Shown: positions 13,414 to 26,907 of the stretch, piece by piece
Numbering within the stretch: position 1 is the stretch's first letter
How the letters are laid out: each line of letters starts with the position of its first letter
Origin: Microbotryum violaceum
Taxonomy: Eukaryota
Direction of reading: 5' to 3'
Length of the DNA stretch: 64,000 nucleotides
NCBI GenBank assembly: GCA_001244265.2
Contig: CDLV01000013.1
Span: forward strand, 248,001 to 312,000
Program-made: the position numbers and the translations under genes
Notes under the pieces: model-generated
The model's database searches: none
Told to the model about the DNA's origin: nothing
What the model saw: the letters and a program-made list of their open reading frames with translations, nothing else

Positions 13414-16158
13414 TCAAAAATTCGGTGGTGGCAACCCATAAGGATTATGACTCAACGACGACGACGAATCAGTCGAAGTCGTAAACGACGGATCGAGCGA
13501 GGTATCATGATGCATTAGATGGTGATGATGACTTGATCGGTGGCCGTAGGTCGAATCGAGGGAGGGATCGACACCCCATGCGTTGGACGAGGAAGGGGGG
13601 ATCGCGTACGGGTCGGGAGCGTAGTAGGATGATGTAGATGCCGAGGGTGAACCGGATGGAAGGGCGTAGGGATCGTTGGCTCCTGAATGGGAATGCATCA
13701 ACGAGGGATTGAACGAAGATGATGAATGTTGGATGGGGGATCCGTAATGCTGCGGTTGATGCAGGGTCGGATCGAAAACGCTCGGGTTCCCTGGTGACCC
13801 AGTGGATGAAGGGTACATCATCGGTGAAAGACCGTAGTCCCCCGGCATGCCGTCCATCGTGCTTCTTCTCAACCCTCCCGGACCAGATAAGCCTACTCCG
13901 TCCATCATCGGTCCGACGCTGGCGGACGACCTGTTCCTCTTTTTATTGGCTTCGGCCAAAGCGGGATCCGGATCCTCGACAAAGGTTTGCCAGATGTACG
14001 ACACGACCTGGTTCGCTCCCGGCAATTCCTGAACCAAAGCTTTGACAAGGTTATGGCTGAGTCCAAAGTAATCGGGACCTGAGACCGAATTGGATTGGCT
14101 ACGTGAACGAATAACGTTGACGGCTTTGACGATCTGGGACCACGCCGAAGTCGCCGTCGTGCCCGTAATGACGACGCCGGGTTGATCCTCGGGGTAGACC
14201 TCAAACTGCGGTCCGTTGTTGTCTCCTTCGATGACCTTGCAAACGTATTCGACCGTTGTTTTGGGATCGATCATGGATGGGTATTTCCGCGATGCCTCGT
14301 ACCCGACGGGGAAGATGTACCGCTCCGTATGGAACGCGTCACGATGATCGACCGTGCCAAGATTGCGCAAGACCATCGTCCCAAATGGCAAGGGGAGAAT
14401 CGGTTGCCCATCGCCATAACGGGGTACGAAAGGGATCGTGTGTACTCCTGGAGTGACGACCGAGACCTTTTGTCGCTTTGCCTTTTTGTGCGGCGCAGCT
14501 TTCTTTGTGGGTGCAGGCACAGGCATGGCCAGTGCCGACGATGAAGGCGTCCCAGGCTTGATGTCGTAGGGGTCATCATCGTCCGTGATCGCGCCGAATC
14601 CATCCCGAGACAGGGCAGGCGAGTTGATCGAGTCGTCAAAGAGGTCATTGTCCGCTCCGACAAGGTGGGGGAAGGGGTCGATGGGGTCCGGTAAGGGCGT
14701 GGCTCCAGCAGCTGCGAACGGATTCGGCAAAGCGCTGAGGTGTTCGTGCGATTTGGGCTGCACGGTGGACATGCTCGACTTTTTCGAGTTCGATGAAGGC
14801 CCGTCGCGTTTTCTCTTGCCCGAAGAAGTTGTGGTGGTCGATGTCGAGGTTGCTGGCCCCGCGACGACGACCTGCACGACCCCAACTTTTTCTCCATTCA
14901 AAGCCCTCGTCACATTCTCTGCGATCTCGGCGCCCTGCGCGCCCAAAAGTGACACGAGGGCGAACTCGTTCTTGGAGGCTACTGCGGCGGCCCTTTCCCT
15001 CGCTTCGGGTGACTCTTTGAGCTTTTCCGCGGCGAGATGGGTCGTTAGATGATGGGAGCGGCGTCTCGGTGGGAGGTCGGACGGCAAGAGTTTGGGTCCG
15101 ACGGGGTCGGCATAGGATGAATCGGTGATGTCGGTGGCGGTTGTCAACAAGGGAAGCTCCCGTGGTCGGTCGGCCAGGGAGGGTAGATTCGGCGGGTCGA
15201 GGAGGGGTGTCGCAGAGGTTGAGGAGGCTTGCTGGGCGACCGAGGTAGTTATCCCGGCGGCACGTTCGAGCAGTTGCACTCGGTCGAGCAGGGACCGCTT
15301 CTCGTCCTGGAGCCGGGAAATGATCTTTTGTGACCGATGAAGCGTGTACTGCGCTTGATCTCTCGTCTATGCACGATTGTCATCGGTATCAGTGAATGTT
15401 GGTGCCGGTGCCAGATGGGAAGGGGCGCTCACCTCGACGACCTCGTCGTAAGCGCGCTTGAGCTTGCGGTACTTTGCACTGGTGACGCCTCGAAACTCCC
15501 TGTCGAGCTTGTGCTGTACCTCAGGGTCGCGCGGCTCGGGCTTGCGGACGATGACCGGTCTCGCCGAGGAGAGAGCGATCGGAGGTAAAGACGACGACGG
15601 ACGCGGACGCTCTACGACGGGGCTCGAAGGTACGGATGAGCCCGATGCTTCTGAGCTCGAGGTCGAGGTCGACGCATCGGACGAGGCTCTATTCCGCTGG
15701 GGTGCTGCTGTGGTGGTGGTCGCTGCGGTAGTGGCTGTGGCGGTGACGGGGTGTGCGCTGAGGGAGGGTGCCGCTGGCTTGCGGTGGTGGTGGTGGTGGT
15801 GGTGGTGATGGGCGAGCGTGATGGACGGCTGCGTCAGTTTGATGATCGACGGACCGGCGGCCGAGACCGTAGGGTACGAGCTCAAAGTCGACGTGGATGC
15901 TACAGGAGTCGTATTCGCAGCAGGGGCATGGGCACGGGCATGGGGATGGGACGGTACGACCGACGGTACGACCGAGGGCGCCGACGAGGACGCGAGCGCG
16001 ACTCGGTTTGTGCTGGCACTGCCGCTGCTGCTGGACGAAGTGGCCGAGGCTGACAGTCCGCCCAGCTTGAACTTGAGCTTGAATCCACCGCCAGCACTTG
16101 CACCAGGTACTCCCTGGGGTGCCGGGGTTGGGTGGGACGTCGCCGAGGATGAGGCCAT
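13414..16158 (-). CDS. FYRN/FYRC-domain nuclear protein (TBRG1-like) with coiled coil and poly-His
   Basis: FYRN LRNLGTVDHRDAFHTERYIFPVGYEASRKY; FYRC TSAWSQIVKAV...SGPDYFGLSHNLVKALVQELPGA; one intron at ~15368-15432. Confidence 0.85.
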
Positions 16159-16407
16159 GACGAATGATCAGCGATCAGCAGAGCCGCACACGGCAAGAGG
16201 GCAAGCTGAGCAGGCCGAGCTGAGCAGAGCTGAGCCTAGCTGGGCTTCTCTGGGCTTGGGCGGGGCTTGGGCGAGCTTGGGCCCGGTGAGCCTGGCGCGC
16301 TCGACAGCGCTCGACAACAATTGCCGTCTATCTTGCGCGCGAGTTGCAGTATAGTGCATCTTGTCATCCTTCCCACCCCCTTCTAAGCGCTGGCGCAACC
16401 AGCCAAG

Positions 16408-17834
16408 ATGTCAACACCGCTCAGCTTTTTCGGTCAGTACCCCCCCAGCTCAGACACATCCCGGCCTCACCTAAGCCACCAACAGGGGACTTTCCATCTC
16501 ACAGAAACGAATCGAGCGTTGGAGGCATTCCGTACGTCCATACCGATCGTCTGATCAGCTCCAGCACACACCCATGTAACATCTGCCCAAAATCATCTAC
16601 TCAATTCAACTTTATCGCAGTCGAAGTAGCCATCCATGCATTGCTCTACACCCGCAACGTCTATCCCACCAGTCAGTCCTCTCGAGTAAATCACGTGACC
16701 CTCAACCCCGCACGCCGTGCACCACCGCTCACCGAGTCCCTCCGTCGCACCGACCCAGACATCTTCAAGCAACACCACAAGTACAATATCCCCGTATGGC
16801 AATCCAGATCCCCCCTTGTCAACGAATACGTGTCCAAAATGTGTCGCTGTGTCGGCGAAGAATTGGACAAGGTTCGTCTCGCTCGCCTTCAGTGGTGTCA
16901 ATATCGTCACATCTGACTCGTTCGATCCAACAGAGATCACTACGAAAGATAATTTTGGTCATCAAGGACGATGGGCCCGCAGAAACGCCGTTTGAACGAT
17001 TCGTCTTTGACGTCGAATGGTTGATCCACGACGACATGCTCGGCAAAGACGCTCGTGATTTCATGTCGGTCCGGTCCACACCCGCATCGACAAAGTGCCG
17101 CGCGAGTAAAAGCTAAATAGGCTTTGAAATGCTCGATAGACCTGCGGCAGGAGGGATTACCCGCACGGAAATGGACGAAACGCTGAGGGGCTTCATTGTC
17201 CGAGTCGAAGCGGCGAAGAACTACCTGCCTAAATTGCCCAAAAGTATGACATCCACCCCGAGTCCTCGAGTCCTTACTGTCTATCTGATAGGATTCAACC
17301 ATTTTATTCCCGTCCAGACGTCACATTTTCGGTCGTCCTGGAAATGAGGGACGATGTCGAGCCTCAATCGCTGCAAGCCAAACGAGGAGTGAGTTGGACA
17401 GGTCCTCTTTTCCTCCCCGAGGATCGCTTCATCGCCATCGCATCTCACGTACGGACTGCCCCTCGAATTATTCTTGTCACCTAATCATGATTGTAGATCG
17501 AGCCTTCCGAGTGGTACAGAGCCGAAGCGCGACATTCGGCCGAAGAAGCGCAAGGGCTCGTCAGTCGACTCGTGCCTCATCAAACGACCAACCTTGGCAT
17601 GGTTCAGGTCAGTTCCGAGTTTCCAAAGCGCGCAGTGAGTGTTTGTCTCAATAAAATCTCTTTTTCAAGGTCCAATTCCTCGCCGAAGTCTTAGAAAAGG
17701 ACCCTTGGGCAAGCTTCGAGTCTGGCGAGGCAGAGACGAGTACGAATGAATCGAACGAGGCACCACGGCGGAATCGAGAGGAGGATGAACAGGAGAAGCG
17801 GAGGAGAGGGAAAGGGAAAGCAAGGGCAGAATAG
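16408..17834 (+). CDS. REV7: HORMA-domain protein, Rev7/Mad2L2-like (DNA polymerase zeta subunit), multi-exon
   Basis: Spliced N-terminus MSTPLSFFETNRALEAFLEVAIHALLYTRNVYP; KYNIPVWQSRSPLVNEYV; PFERFVFDV; TFSVVLEM. Confidence 0.85.
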
Positions 17835-18661
17835 ATGGAAGAAGGGTGCATTGTATTTCTACGAGCATTGGCAGGTTTCTTGGCGCGGCCACGTTACGGC
17901 GAGCGCGCACTAACTGTGTGACAATCGAGCGAACCCTGCGCTCCTTCGCGCCCTAAAGCGCACCAAGTCGAAAGCCGATTGCCGAGTTCAAATGGTACTC
18001 GGCAATGCCGATGGACGTCTTGGCAGTCCGTGCACTCGACTGCGGGGTCAAGGAGGTGGCAAAAGCAGCTCCGAGCGGAGCAAAATTAGTGCGCCTGTCT
18101 TCCTGGTTTGGAGCACTGCAACTCAACCTGTTGGCGCTTGAACTTGGCAGCCTCGTCACGGTGATCGAGTTCGGTCCGGCTAACTTAAGCGCTTGCCCCG
18201 AGCCGCAACCCGCCGCATGCAACGGCCTTGGACCTGATCCAGGGCGCTCGTTATCACCGGCGTACCTGCTTGTTCGGGTTCCAACTCTGACCATAGCTTG
18301 TTTGCTCAACCCTGGGATCTTGGTCCGCTTTCAAAGCCTCTAGCGATCGATTTATCAAGTGGCACGGCTGTCAGGTCTCGTCTGACTCGGTGAACTCGGG
18401 CTGTGACCCGTTCCCCGGCCGGCCTCTTTCCAAGGTGAGACTGAGACCGCATGACGAAGATCGCCGGCCCCTTTGTGCCCCCCTGACGGAGGCGGAATAT
18501 CCACCTTGCGTCGCGGTGGGGCAAAGAAGGGCACTAGTTCCATTGAGCAGACAGAACAGCATGGGCTGATATAGGCCGTCCCTTTTCAGCGCAGGTAGAA
18601 GCCAATCACCTACCTCGTCAGCGGCCGACTCGGGACTCGGCGCAGTGAGCGTCCGCCTGGC

Positions 18662-21600
18662 ATGTCGGTGCGATCCGGTTCACGACCCCGCGGCAGCACG
18701 GTCAGTGGTGCAGGCTACCTACCCGAACCACCAACCCTATCGAACGACCTCTCCCACGAAATCAAAAAAGAATTCCACCAGCGACAAGGGGATGCCTCCC
18801 GCGCCGTGCGCTCGCTCGATCAGGACGACCAGCAACGACAAACCCAGGCCTTCACCACCTCGAACGGGCGCCATCATAATCCTCGAGCAGTTCCTGGAAC
18901 GAACGGGTCCACGCCGGGGGGTTCGATCATGTTCCCTTCTTCGAGTGGAGTCTACATCACTCGACATGGTCGATCAGGTTCGTCTGCATCGGCACCCGTC
19001 GCACCCACGTTGAACAAACGCGCTTCAACGACTTCGACGAACCAACCGAATCCTTACGGTGCAGGCGACGAAGCCGAAACGAGTTCAGTCGCCATGGCCG
19101 GATCCCGACCACCTTCAACTACAAGCTTTAGAAACAAAGTTAGTCGACCGCTCAACTCGCATCGGCGTACCGAGTCCAACACAGGTCAGAGCGTCGTTGA
19201 CTCGGACTATGCCGTCGAACACGATGAAGCTGCTTACGGAGGGAGGGCGAATTTAGCGAGCAAAAAGGCCAGAACGGGCGGTTACTTCTTCCATGATCAA
19301 TCGATGCCGCCTGGAACTGTAAACGGATCCAAGAGGAGCAAGAGCGTTTCGGCTTCGCAGACTGCCGTGAACCGTGCTCGGGAGGAAGCGCCGAATCCGA
19401 CTCAGTCCAGACCTGGGACCGTGAACGGCGGTCGGAATGGCTACCCCGATCAGACCGAGATCGAAGGTGTAGAGGACACCGCCGAGGCGGAGCGGGAAGA
19501 TACGCTCGATCGCGAAGAGGCCTGGTACATGTTGCGAGCCCTTGTCGGGCTCGAGTTAGACAGGGAAGAAAGTCAGCTGTGGAAACTCAAGGATCTGGAT
19601 GCTCGAGAAGATCTTTTCAGGGGTGGTAACGGGTCCGTTGTTATTCTGGAAACTTGAGGTCCACAAATATGACTCGCATACTGACATCATTCACGCATGG
19701 GTTCCTGCAGATCCGTTGAGGAAGAGTCCGAGGACGAGATCGAACCTCGCAACGTTCCCATCCTGCGCTACCTGATCCGTCACTTCCTCTTGACTCTCCC
19801 GCTCGTACGGGATACCGTCTCCAAAAACTCCGCCTCGCCCGACGATCAAACGGCCTACTGGACCGAAGGCATCTACCCCCTCATCCGAGCCTTCCAAAAC
19901 GCCGACCTGTCCAAAGTCGAAGATCGAGGCATCGCCAGTCTCGGATCGCAACTCTATGGCAAGCATCTGCGCAATGCGATCGAACGATTCGTCTCAGCTG
20001 GACTGAAGCTGTCAAGTTCTTCGCTTCGACCCCCCTCCGTCGTCGATGTGGAGGCACCTGATGAACCCGGCTCCAGTGGGAACTACAACTTCATGCCCGC
20101 GCCTCGGGAAGGGGATGGATTGGAATCGCCAAACTTTTCGCGCGGCGCCGATTCGAGACGGGATTTACGTCGTTTCTCGTTCAGCAACCTATTTAGCGTA
20201 GCAGGAAGCAAGAAGGGCAGTGATCTACCACCAAGCCCCGCAGTCAAGCAATCTCCCACGGGCTTGGGCGTGGTGTCGAACCCCAACAGCCGTCGTGATC
20301 CCATCGCTTCCACCTACCTGACCCTTGAAGGGATGAACGAGGGTATTGGACTCGAGTTCCGCGGGGATGAAAACCCAGGCGATGCCCAGGTCGCTGCGAT
20401 GTTCCCTAGTCCGCCGACGAGTCCCGCTACCACCATTTCCATTCCTGCTTCGATGAACATCCTAGCCCCCCCTGTCCCGAGCAGTGCCACTCTCCCTACG
20501 CCTCGCGAGGAGCGCGTCAACAAGAATGACGACGAAGAAGAACCTTTACGCGAAGCTCGTTCGCACAAATCTGGCCAGTCGGATCATTCCGTCGCCGGTA
20601 CCGAGAAGGCTCTACCGATAGAACGATCTAGCTCGCAAGCCACTCACACCACGGGTGGTTTCACTTCTGGCTGGGACGACTCGACCAGCTTCGTTTCGGC
20701 TCTTGAAACGGCTGGAACGCGCACGGCGGACGAGAGCGGTCGTGATCTGGAACAAAAGGATTTTCAAAGTACTCCCGACGTCCCGATCTTCCCTTCGAGC
20801 GTGCAGATGCTCAAGCAGAAGAGCGAAGGTGCTCGGACAATCGAAGCCAGCGAGTCGAACGAGAGAATCTCGGCCTGGCTGGAAAGCGACGAAATGACCT
20901 TGACTGCACATCTCGATGAAGCCTTCTCCACCGGTGCTGGTCAGAGGAGCGCTACAAAGACGCCAACGCGAGAGCTGGAAGACCCCTTAGCTGGCCAGCC
21001 CTACATCATCGATGATGGTGACACCACAATTCGCCTCGGTGCACCAACCAGTCCCGCCCGTTCATCGGCGCCAAGTGGCATCTTTGGTTTTACGTCTCGA
21101 CTGCAGACGTTATCGAGCAACAAGAACCATAGCGAAATCGACAACAAAGAGATCGCAGCCATGGCCCTCCCTGCAGAGCTGATGAACAGTCGACCTGTGC
21201 AATCGGCAGCTCTCCAACCCAAGCTATTGTCGAAGGGTGGCGCGCCATGGCCATTCGGAGCTCCCGTGCCTTTCTGGCGTGGTGCACCCTACGAGCGACT
21301 CAAGTGGGGTGGGTTCGAAGCCGACGTTGTGGGCATTCGCAACGGCCTTTTCTCCCATGCCTTTATCATCCGAGTGCGTCGACCCCAACGACTGGACGAA
21401 TATGTCGTTCGCTCGGAGGCGCAATTCCTGAAGTACTTCAAGGTGCTCGACCGCCAGTTTCCGGCGGCTCACATCCGCCGCATCCCGACTTCGGATCCCA
21501 AAGACGACACCGTCGTCACCCTCACACCGGCCCTGTTCTCGGCTCCTAGCTCGGCCTCGATCGTAATGTCTCGACGCGCGGCCTCCACTGCCACGATCGC

Positions 21601-23840
21601 GGATGCTTCGCCGGAAGGTCGAAGCCACTCCCGACTTGCAGCAGGCCTTCGAGAAGCCGCCGCGGACCCTTCGTCGCCGTCGCATTCATCGGTTTCGAAT
21701 CGGCACAGCGTCAATCCGAATTTCGCCAAGACCCTCCGAGATCAAAGTCTGAACGGGGATGTTAAAGGCGTTCGACGCAACACCGTTTCAGGAGAGGCTC
21801 GACCGAGTTTCACTTCGCGTGCGTTGAGCATGCTCTCGAACCGGTCCAACAACTCACTCGCGGCACGCATGTCGTTACCGATGGAGATGAAGAAGATGCC
21901 CCCTTATGATGCGAGGAGGAGGGCGTTGAGAGCTTGGTTGAGGGATACGCTGTCAGTTCGCACCATCGGGCATCACAAGGAGACGGCAGCTTTCCTACTT
22001 TTAGGCGCGATCGTGCCCAAGGACAGAGAGTGAGTCTACACCCATCTATCCATACGGCTTCTCTGGCCGAGACTGATATTATTGCGCTCTTCCAGTGTCG
22101 TCGACATCACGCAACGTGAGATGATCGACGAAGCACGACGATCTGCTCGAGTTGGCGTGGCCGGCGGAGCCGCTGAGCGTGCGCGCGTTGCCCGAGCTCA
22201 CTGGGATGCGGTCGAACGTGAATGCATCAACGGCGACGGCTTCGTCGCCATTTCGGATGCTTTGCGCAACGTCAGCGACATCGAGAAGCTCCCCGCTCGC
22301 TACTTCAAGACGATTGAATCGTTGCGCTTCACCCTCGCGCAAGGCCTGTACGACCTCTTCGTCGACAGCGAGGCCTCGGGGCCGATCTTCACAAAGCTCA
22401 AGGCGTTGCATGCGGCGTTCCCGTACTTCCTCGTCAAACAGGCGTTCAAGATTGGCCGGTCCAAGACGATGGCCAAATACCTGCAAGATATCCTGTTGGC
22501 TCGACCGTTCGGGAGCAAGAGCTTGCTTCAGAAGTGAGTCACACTATCCATGCAACTTTCAGAGATGACATCTGACCGATTATCTGGTCTCGATGCACCT
22601 CATCAGAATTCTCGCCATCACGCTCGACGATGACCCTGCAGTATTGCTCGAGCAAATTGCGCGGTACCGTCAGCGCATCGGCTCAGCGACGATGACAGAG
22701 AAGCTCGACATCTTTGCGTACGAATCGCGCGAGAAGAAGGAGGTCGTTCGTCGTTACGCTGGTAAGTTGAGAATGTTGTGCCTTCATAGCTCCTCAGCTC
22801 GCTGTGCCCATTCTGATGAGCGTGGACTTTGTAGAGGAGAACGGGATCGAGCTCGTGCTTGCCATCGTCCGTGGAGCCGACGAGCCCCGCTTGCCCGCTT
22901 ACGAATTGGAGCGTGTCGTACGAGCCAGTAAACGGTACCGCGCCTTCATGAAGACCAAGCCCTCGGCCCTCGCCAGGGCTCAAGTGACGGACACGGATGC
23001 CCGCCTCGTGCTCGACCTGCAGTACTACTTCCGCCTCGTCTCGCGCGATCGTGACTCCAACATCATACGTGAAATGCTCGGTGAAGATGCGATCGCTTCT
23101 GCTCTCGAGGTTCTCGCGGGTCCCTTTATCGAGCTGATCAAGCGCATCTACAAAGTTGGCAATCTCTCGCAAGCTGTCGGTAGCTTCCAGCGCTTCCTGG
23201 ATCAGTTGATTATCATCATTGAAGCGCTGAGATCGAGGATCCAAGAACCACAAAAGAGCGTGAGGATATTTGCGAGGTTGCTGGGCCGTCATCAGCAGGC
23301 GTTCTATGACTTTATTCGCTCGATTCATCGCGGGGAGACCATCATCGAGGAGCTATTGCAATGGTTCTGGTGAGTGTTTTTGCACCCTTGACTTCGTTAG
23401 GTCCAGCGACTAAACACGCTTCTCTGATCCGTTCAGGACCGCTTCGGTCTTCCTTCGACGAGGTCTCGCCGAACCCATCAACCTCGATGAAGTCCTGCCT
23501 GAAGATCACGAAGAGAAGATGTTCTTCCTCTACGAGGTCGAGGATCTCGTCACGTACCACCGAAGGAAGCGTGCCAAGCAATACCAAGTCATGTGCCGCA
23601 GGTTCGCCGGCGACGTTGACGCCGATAATCCTGTCATTGTCGAAGGAGATGGTGAGTTCTTGTATTGGCATTAGGTTGAGCGACCTTCACTAACGAAGCT
23701 GCTCTTTCTCCTGCGCAGGCAAAGGAAAGTCGAAACTCGAGCCTTTCGCCGAACCGCGCCCTCGGCCCGTCACTTTGCTCGAACTACCCATCTACCTCGA
23801 CGATTTCACTGCCCAGCTCAAACGCGTCTTCGCCGTCTGA
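18662..23840 (+). CDS. Large PX-associated/PX-domain protein (yeast YPR097W-like), multi-exon
   Basis: PILRYLIRHFLLTLPL; GGFEADVVGIR...FIIRVRR; RRALRAWLRDTL; AFPYFLVKQAFKI...ILLARPFGSKSLLQ; RLLGRHQQAFYDFIRSIH. Confidence 0.75.
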
Positions 23841-24550
23841 TGCGCTCTTTATACCTTTCTTGTTTGCGAATACCTCATCATATTCTATGTCCAATGTTCA
23901 TCCCTTTATATACTTCGAGGCCTCCGGCTAATCAACCTTATGCTTATTGCTTGGTCACTTTGCGCTCAGAAGCAAATGTATGTAATTGATTTTCTACTCC
24001 ATCAATGCTATCTACAAGTCACAGTGTGCATAGAGCGCTCCATTGCATCGATGTTTGGCTTTCGGAGTGGGCAGGCCTAATCTCCTGAACGCTCCCTCGA
24101 CGGCCGTGTTTCTACCGTGACTCGGACCTGGCATTCCGCACTTGACCGTGATGTCATACACCGCGGATTCGCTTCGTGGATTGACTGTTCCCGCTGCGGT
24201 CCTTAGTACCATAATGGGAACGATAATCAGGTAAAGGAGGGTACAACCATATCTCCCTGACACCTCCGACGTTTGGTAATAGTACTGCTCGATCATGGTA
24301 GCGAGCAGCCGTTCGATTCATCATGAGCGGCCGGTGCAGATATGGATGTTCCGCAAGATCCTCAAGTCTAATATCGTCAAATATGCCTCTATGCTCAAAG
24401 AGCCAAATCACCACGCGTCCACCACGTGCAAACTTAGGAGCCGGGCTTAATCTCCATGTTAGGCCTTCAATCTCTCTGCAAATAGTCTTTTCGGCTTTTG
24501 CTGCAAGGATTTGACGCGCCGATTCAGGCTCGCGCGCACGGACCTCTCTC

Positions 24551-24673
24551 TCCCCCGTGGATGCTATAGCTGTGCTTCCCACACACGCGGGCTCACGGGC
24601 GGTACTCGCAACGCACGTTCCCTTTTGGGCCCTTCACTGCGTTGTCGACGTTTCCCCCGTGGATGCTATAGCT
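24551..24673. repeat. 21-bp perfect direct repeat TCCCCCGTGGATGCTATAGCT, two copies 102 bp apart
   Basis: Copies at 24551-24571 and 24653-24673. Confidence 0.85.
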
Positions 24674-25002
24674 CCCACCATCCCTGTGTATCACCAAGAA
24701 GTTCGGACTCTCCTCCGTTTAGATCAATTTCTTGCGGTTTTCCCCAGAAGGCTGGGTTTTCACCGCTTGAGGTATTTGTTTAACAACTCCTACACCAATG
24801 TTGTCCTTCGTCTTGCTGCAACTCGAACCACTATTCCGCTACAACTCGCGCGAGTGGTCAGGAGAGTCGAAACCTACTTAGCTCCTGCTTGCAATACAAT
24901 AAGTTGTCTGATGCTGATGAATGGATTGAACTATGCAGCAAAATCGACACTGGACGGGATTCCAGGACCCCGTCGCAATGATCTAGATCGCTCTCTCCAG
25001 CT

Positions 25003-26907
25003 TCAATCTACCAATACTTGTTGATACCGCTCAATTGTAATTCCGGTGATTCCAGATTGAAGCTGGTCCACTACTGTGATTTTTTCAGAGCCTTCCGATG
25101 TCACTGACACTTGCGCTGTCGAACCGGGGGGCAAATCCTTCTTGGCCGAATTTTGAGACAAAGGAGAAGCCTGAGCTCCAATCATGTCCATTAATCCGGT
25201 TGATGCGGTAGACATCGGTGCGAGCGGCAACCATGGCGCAAGTCTCTTGACCGCTTCTGTTGTCGTCGAAGACCTGCTCAACGCGCGGAACAAGATGAGG
25301 ACCGCCACTACAGTTGAACATATCGAGTTGATCCACGCTGCAACGAGGCCGATGATTTGAATGGTCCCATCGTTGTCAGAGAGCTTGATGGGGGTGACAG
25401 ACGACCAGAAAGCTAACGCCGCGTTTGTGCTCAGCATCAGCGAGACCGGGACGGCCGTCAGGAGACGATTGCTTATTGCCCATGCCATGAGCCGCGCTTG
25501 CTGCCTGTCGAACCCGTATCGAGTCATAGTCAGCATCTATGCATCTCGGATGAACGAAAATGAAGTTCATAGTTATTCACATCACTCACTCAAGCTGAGT
25601 ATTCGTACTGTCATTGTTCGAGGAGCCGATTTGCACGGCGAACTTCGCCGAGGTCGACGCGCTCGGTTGCGCGGCGCAGTCCATTTTGCCGGGGAACAGA
25701 CCCTTCCTGTTGGGGGCCATCGCCAGCCCAAACCCCGCTTTGCGGCGCAAGTTGCGAACCTGACGACTGAGGTGACTATATTCGATGACTGTTGCGATTA
25801 CGTATAGCTGCTCAAGGAAAACATCCAGTTGTCTCAACCGACTGGTCTTATCTCGGGCCCAAAGCCTGTCACGCGCGTGACGTACCATGAACGTGATGAC
25901 CAGAACCGATCCGACGAAGCGGAACGCGACACGTGACCAGAATGCATATATTTGAGCGTAGGCGGCAATCGTTGCAAGGGGCTGCAGAGCCTGTACGAGC
26001 TGGGCGAGATCGGTGTCCATGGTGGCGCCACTTGTCCAGGAGGATTCAAAGGCTTTAAGATTGACTATACACTGACCGACGCCGCCGTGTACACCACCGA
26101 GGGCCCGGGCTGCGAGGGAGAAGAAGCCGATGGGAGGTGAAACGGCAACGAGAGGCCATAGAAAAGGAAGAGCCGTGAAGCACGCCGAGATCAAACCGGA
26201 GTCGTCCCTGTGTGGACCGTATTTGCGCATACACCAGGCACTGGCCGTGGCCCAAATTTCGGGGTACTGGCCCAAGAATATAACGACGGGCAGGAATCCT
26301 TGGTAGCCGATGTACCATGATGGGTATACGGAGCCTGATACAATCCTACTTGTGATTACGAGCTCGATGATGCTCATAAGGCTGTACAAGAACGCCCAGA
26401 AGGAATTTTGGATGGAGATGTTGGGCATCGTGATCCTCGAATCCATGCGGTGGACAATCCAGAAATGTCCTTGTGCCAGGCGCAGGATGAGTCCGACTAG
26501 AGCCATAGTCATTGAAACAGTAAACAGCGCAACGAGCCACCAGAGTTGTCTAAAGATCAACCGGGCAGCGCGAGTCAGGATAGGGTCATTTCGGATTTCT
26601 TCAGACATCCGGTGGGCATTTACCGCGTGAATGAAGGCGGCATCTGCGGGTATATCGAGTCATGCGCTGCCTTGATCCCCCAAGGAAAAGGGTTCTGATT
26701 GTTTTTGATCGCTAGGTAAAAAGGAGCACCGTCTTCAAGAAGCCTACAACGGTCAGCATTCGCTGTAGCAGCAGACTGATGTGAGGTGTAGTAGTGGCAG
26801 CGATAGGCTCCGGGGCGGGGCGACTCACATTTCGTCATCCATCTTAGCGTGTTCTCTGGCCCAACAGTTTTCTGGAGTGTGTCGAGTAGTGCTTGAATTT
26901 CGTACAT
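25003..26907 (-). CDS. Orphan multi-pass membrane protein (about 6-7 hydrophobic segments), multi-exon
   Basis: ORFs 26620-26934, 25586-26608 and 25003-25536 can be joined at canonical splice sites; several hydrophobic helices and an S/T-rich C-terminal tail. Confidence 0.6.
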
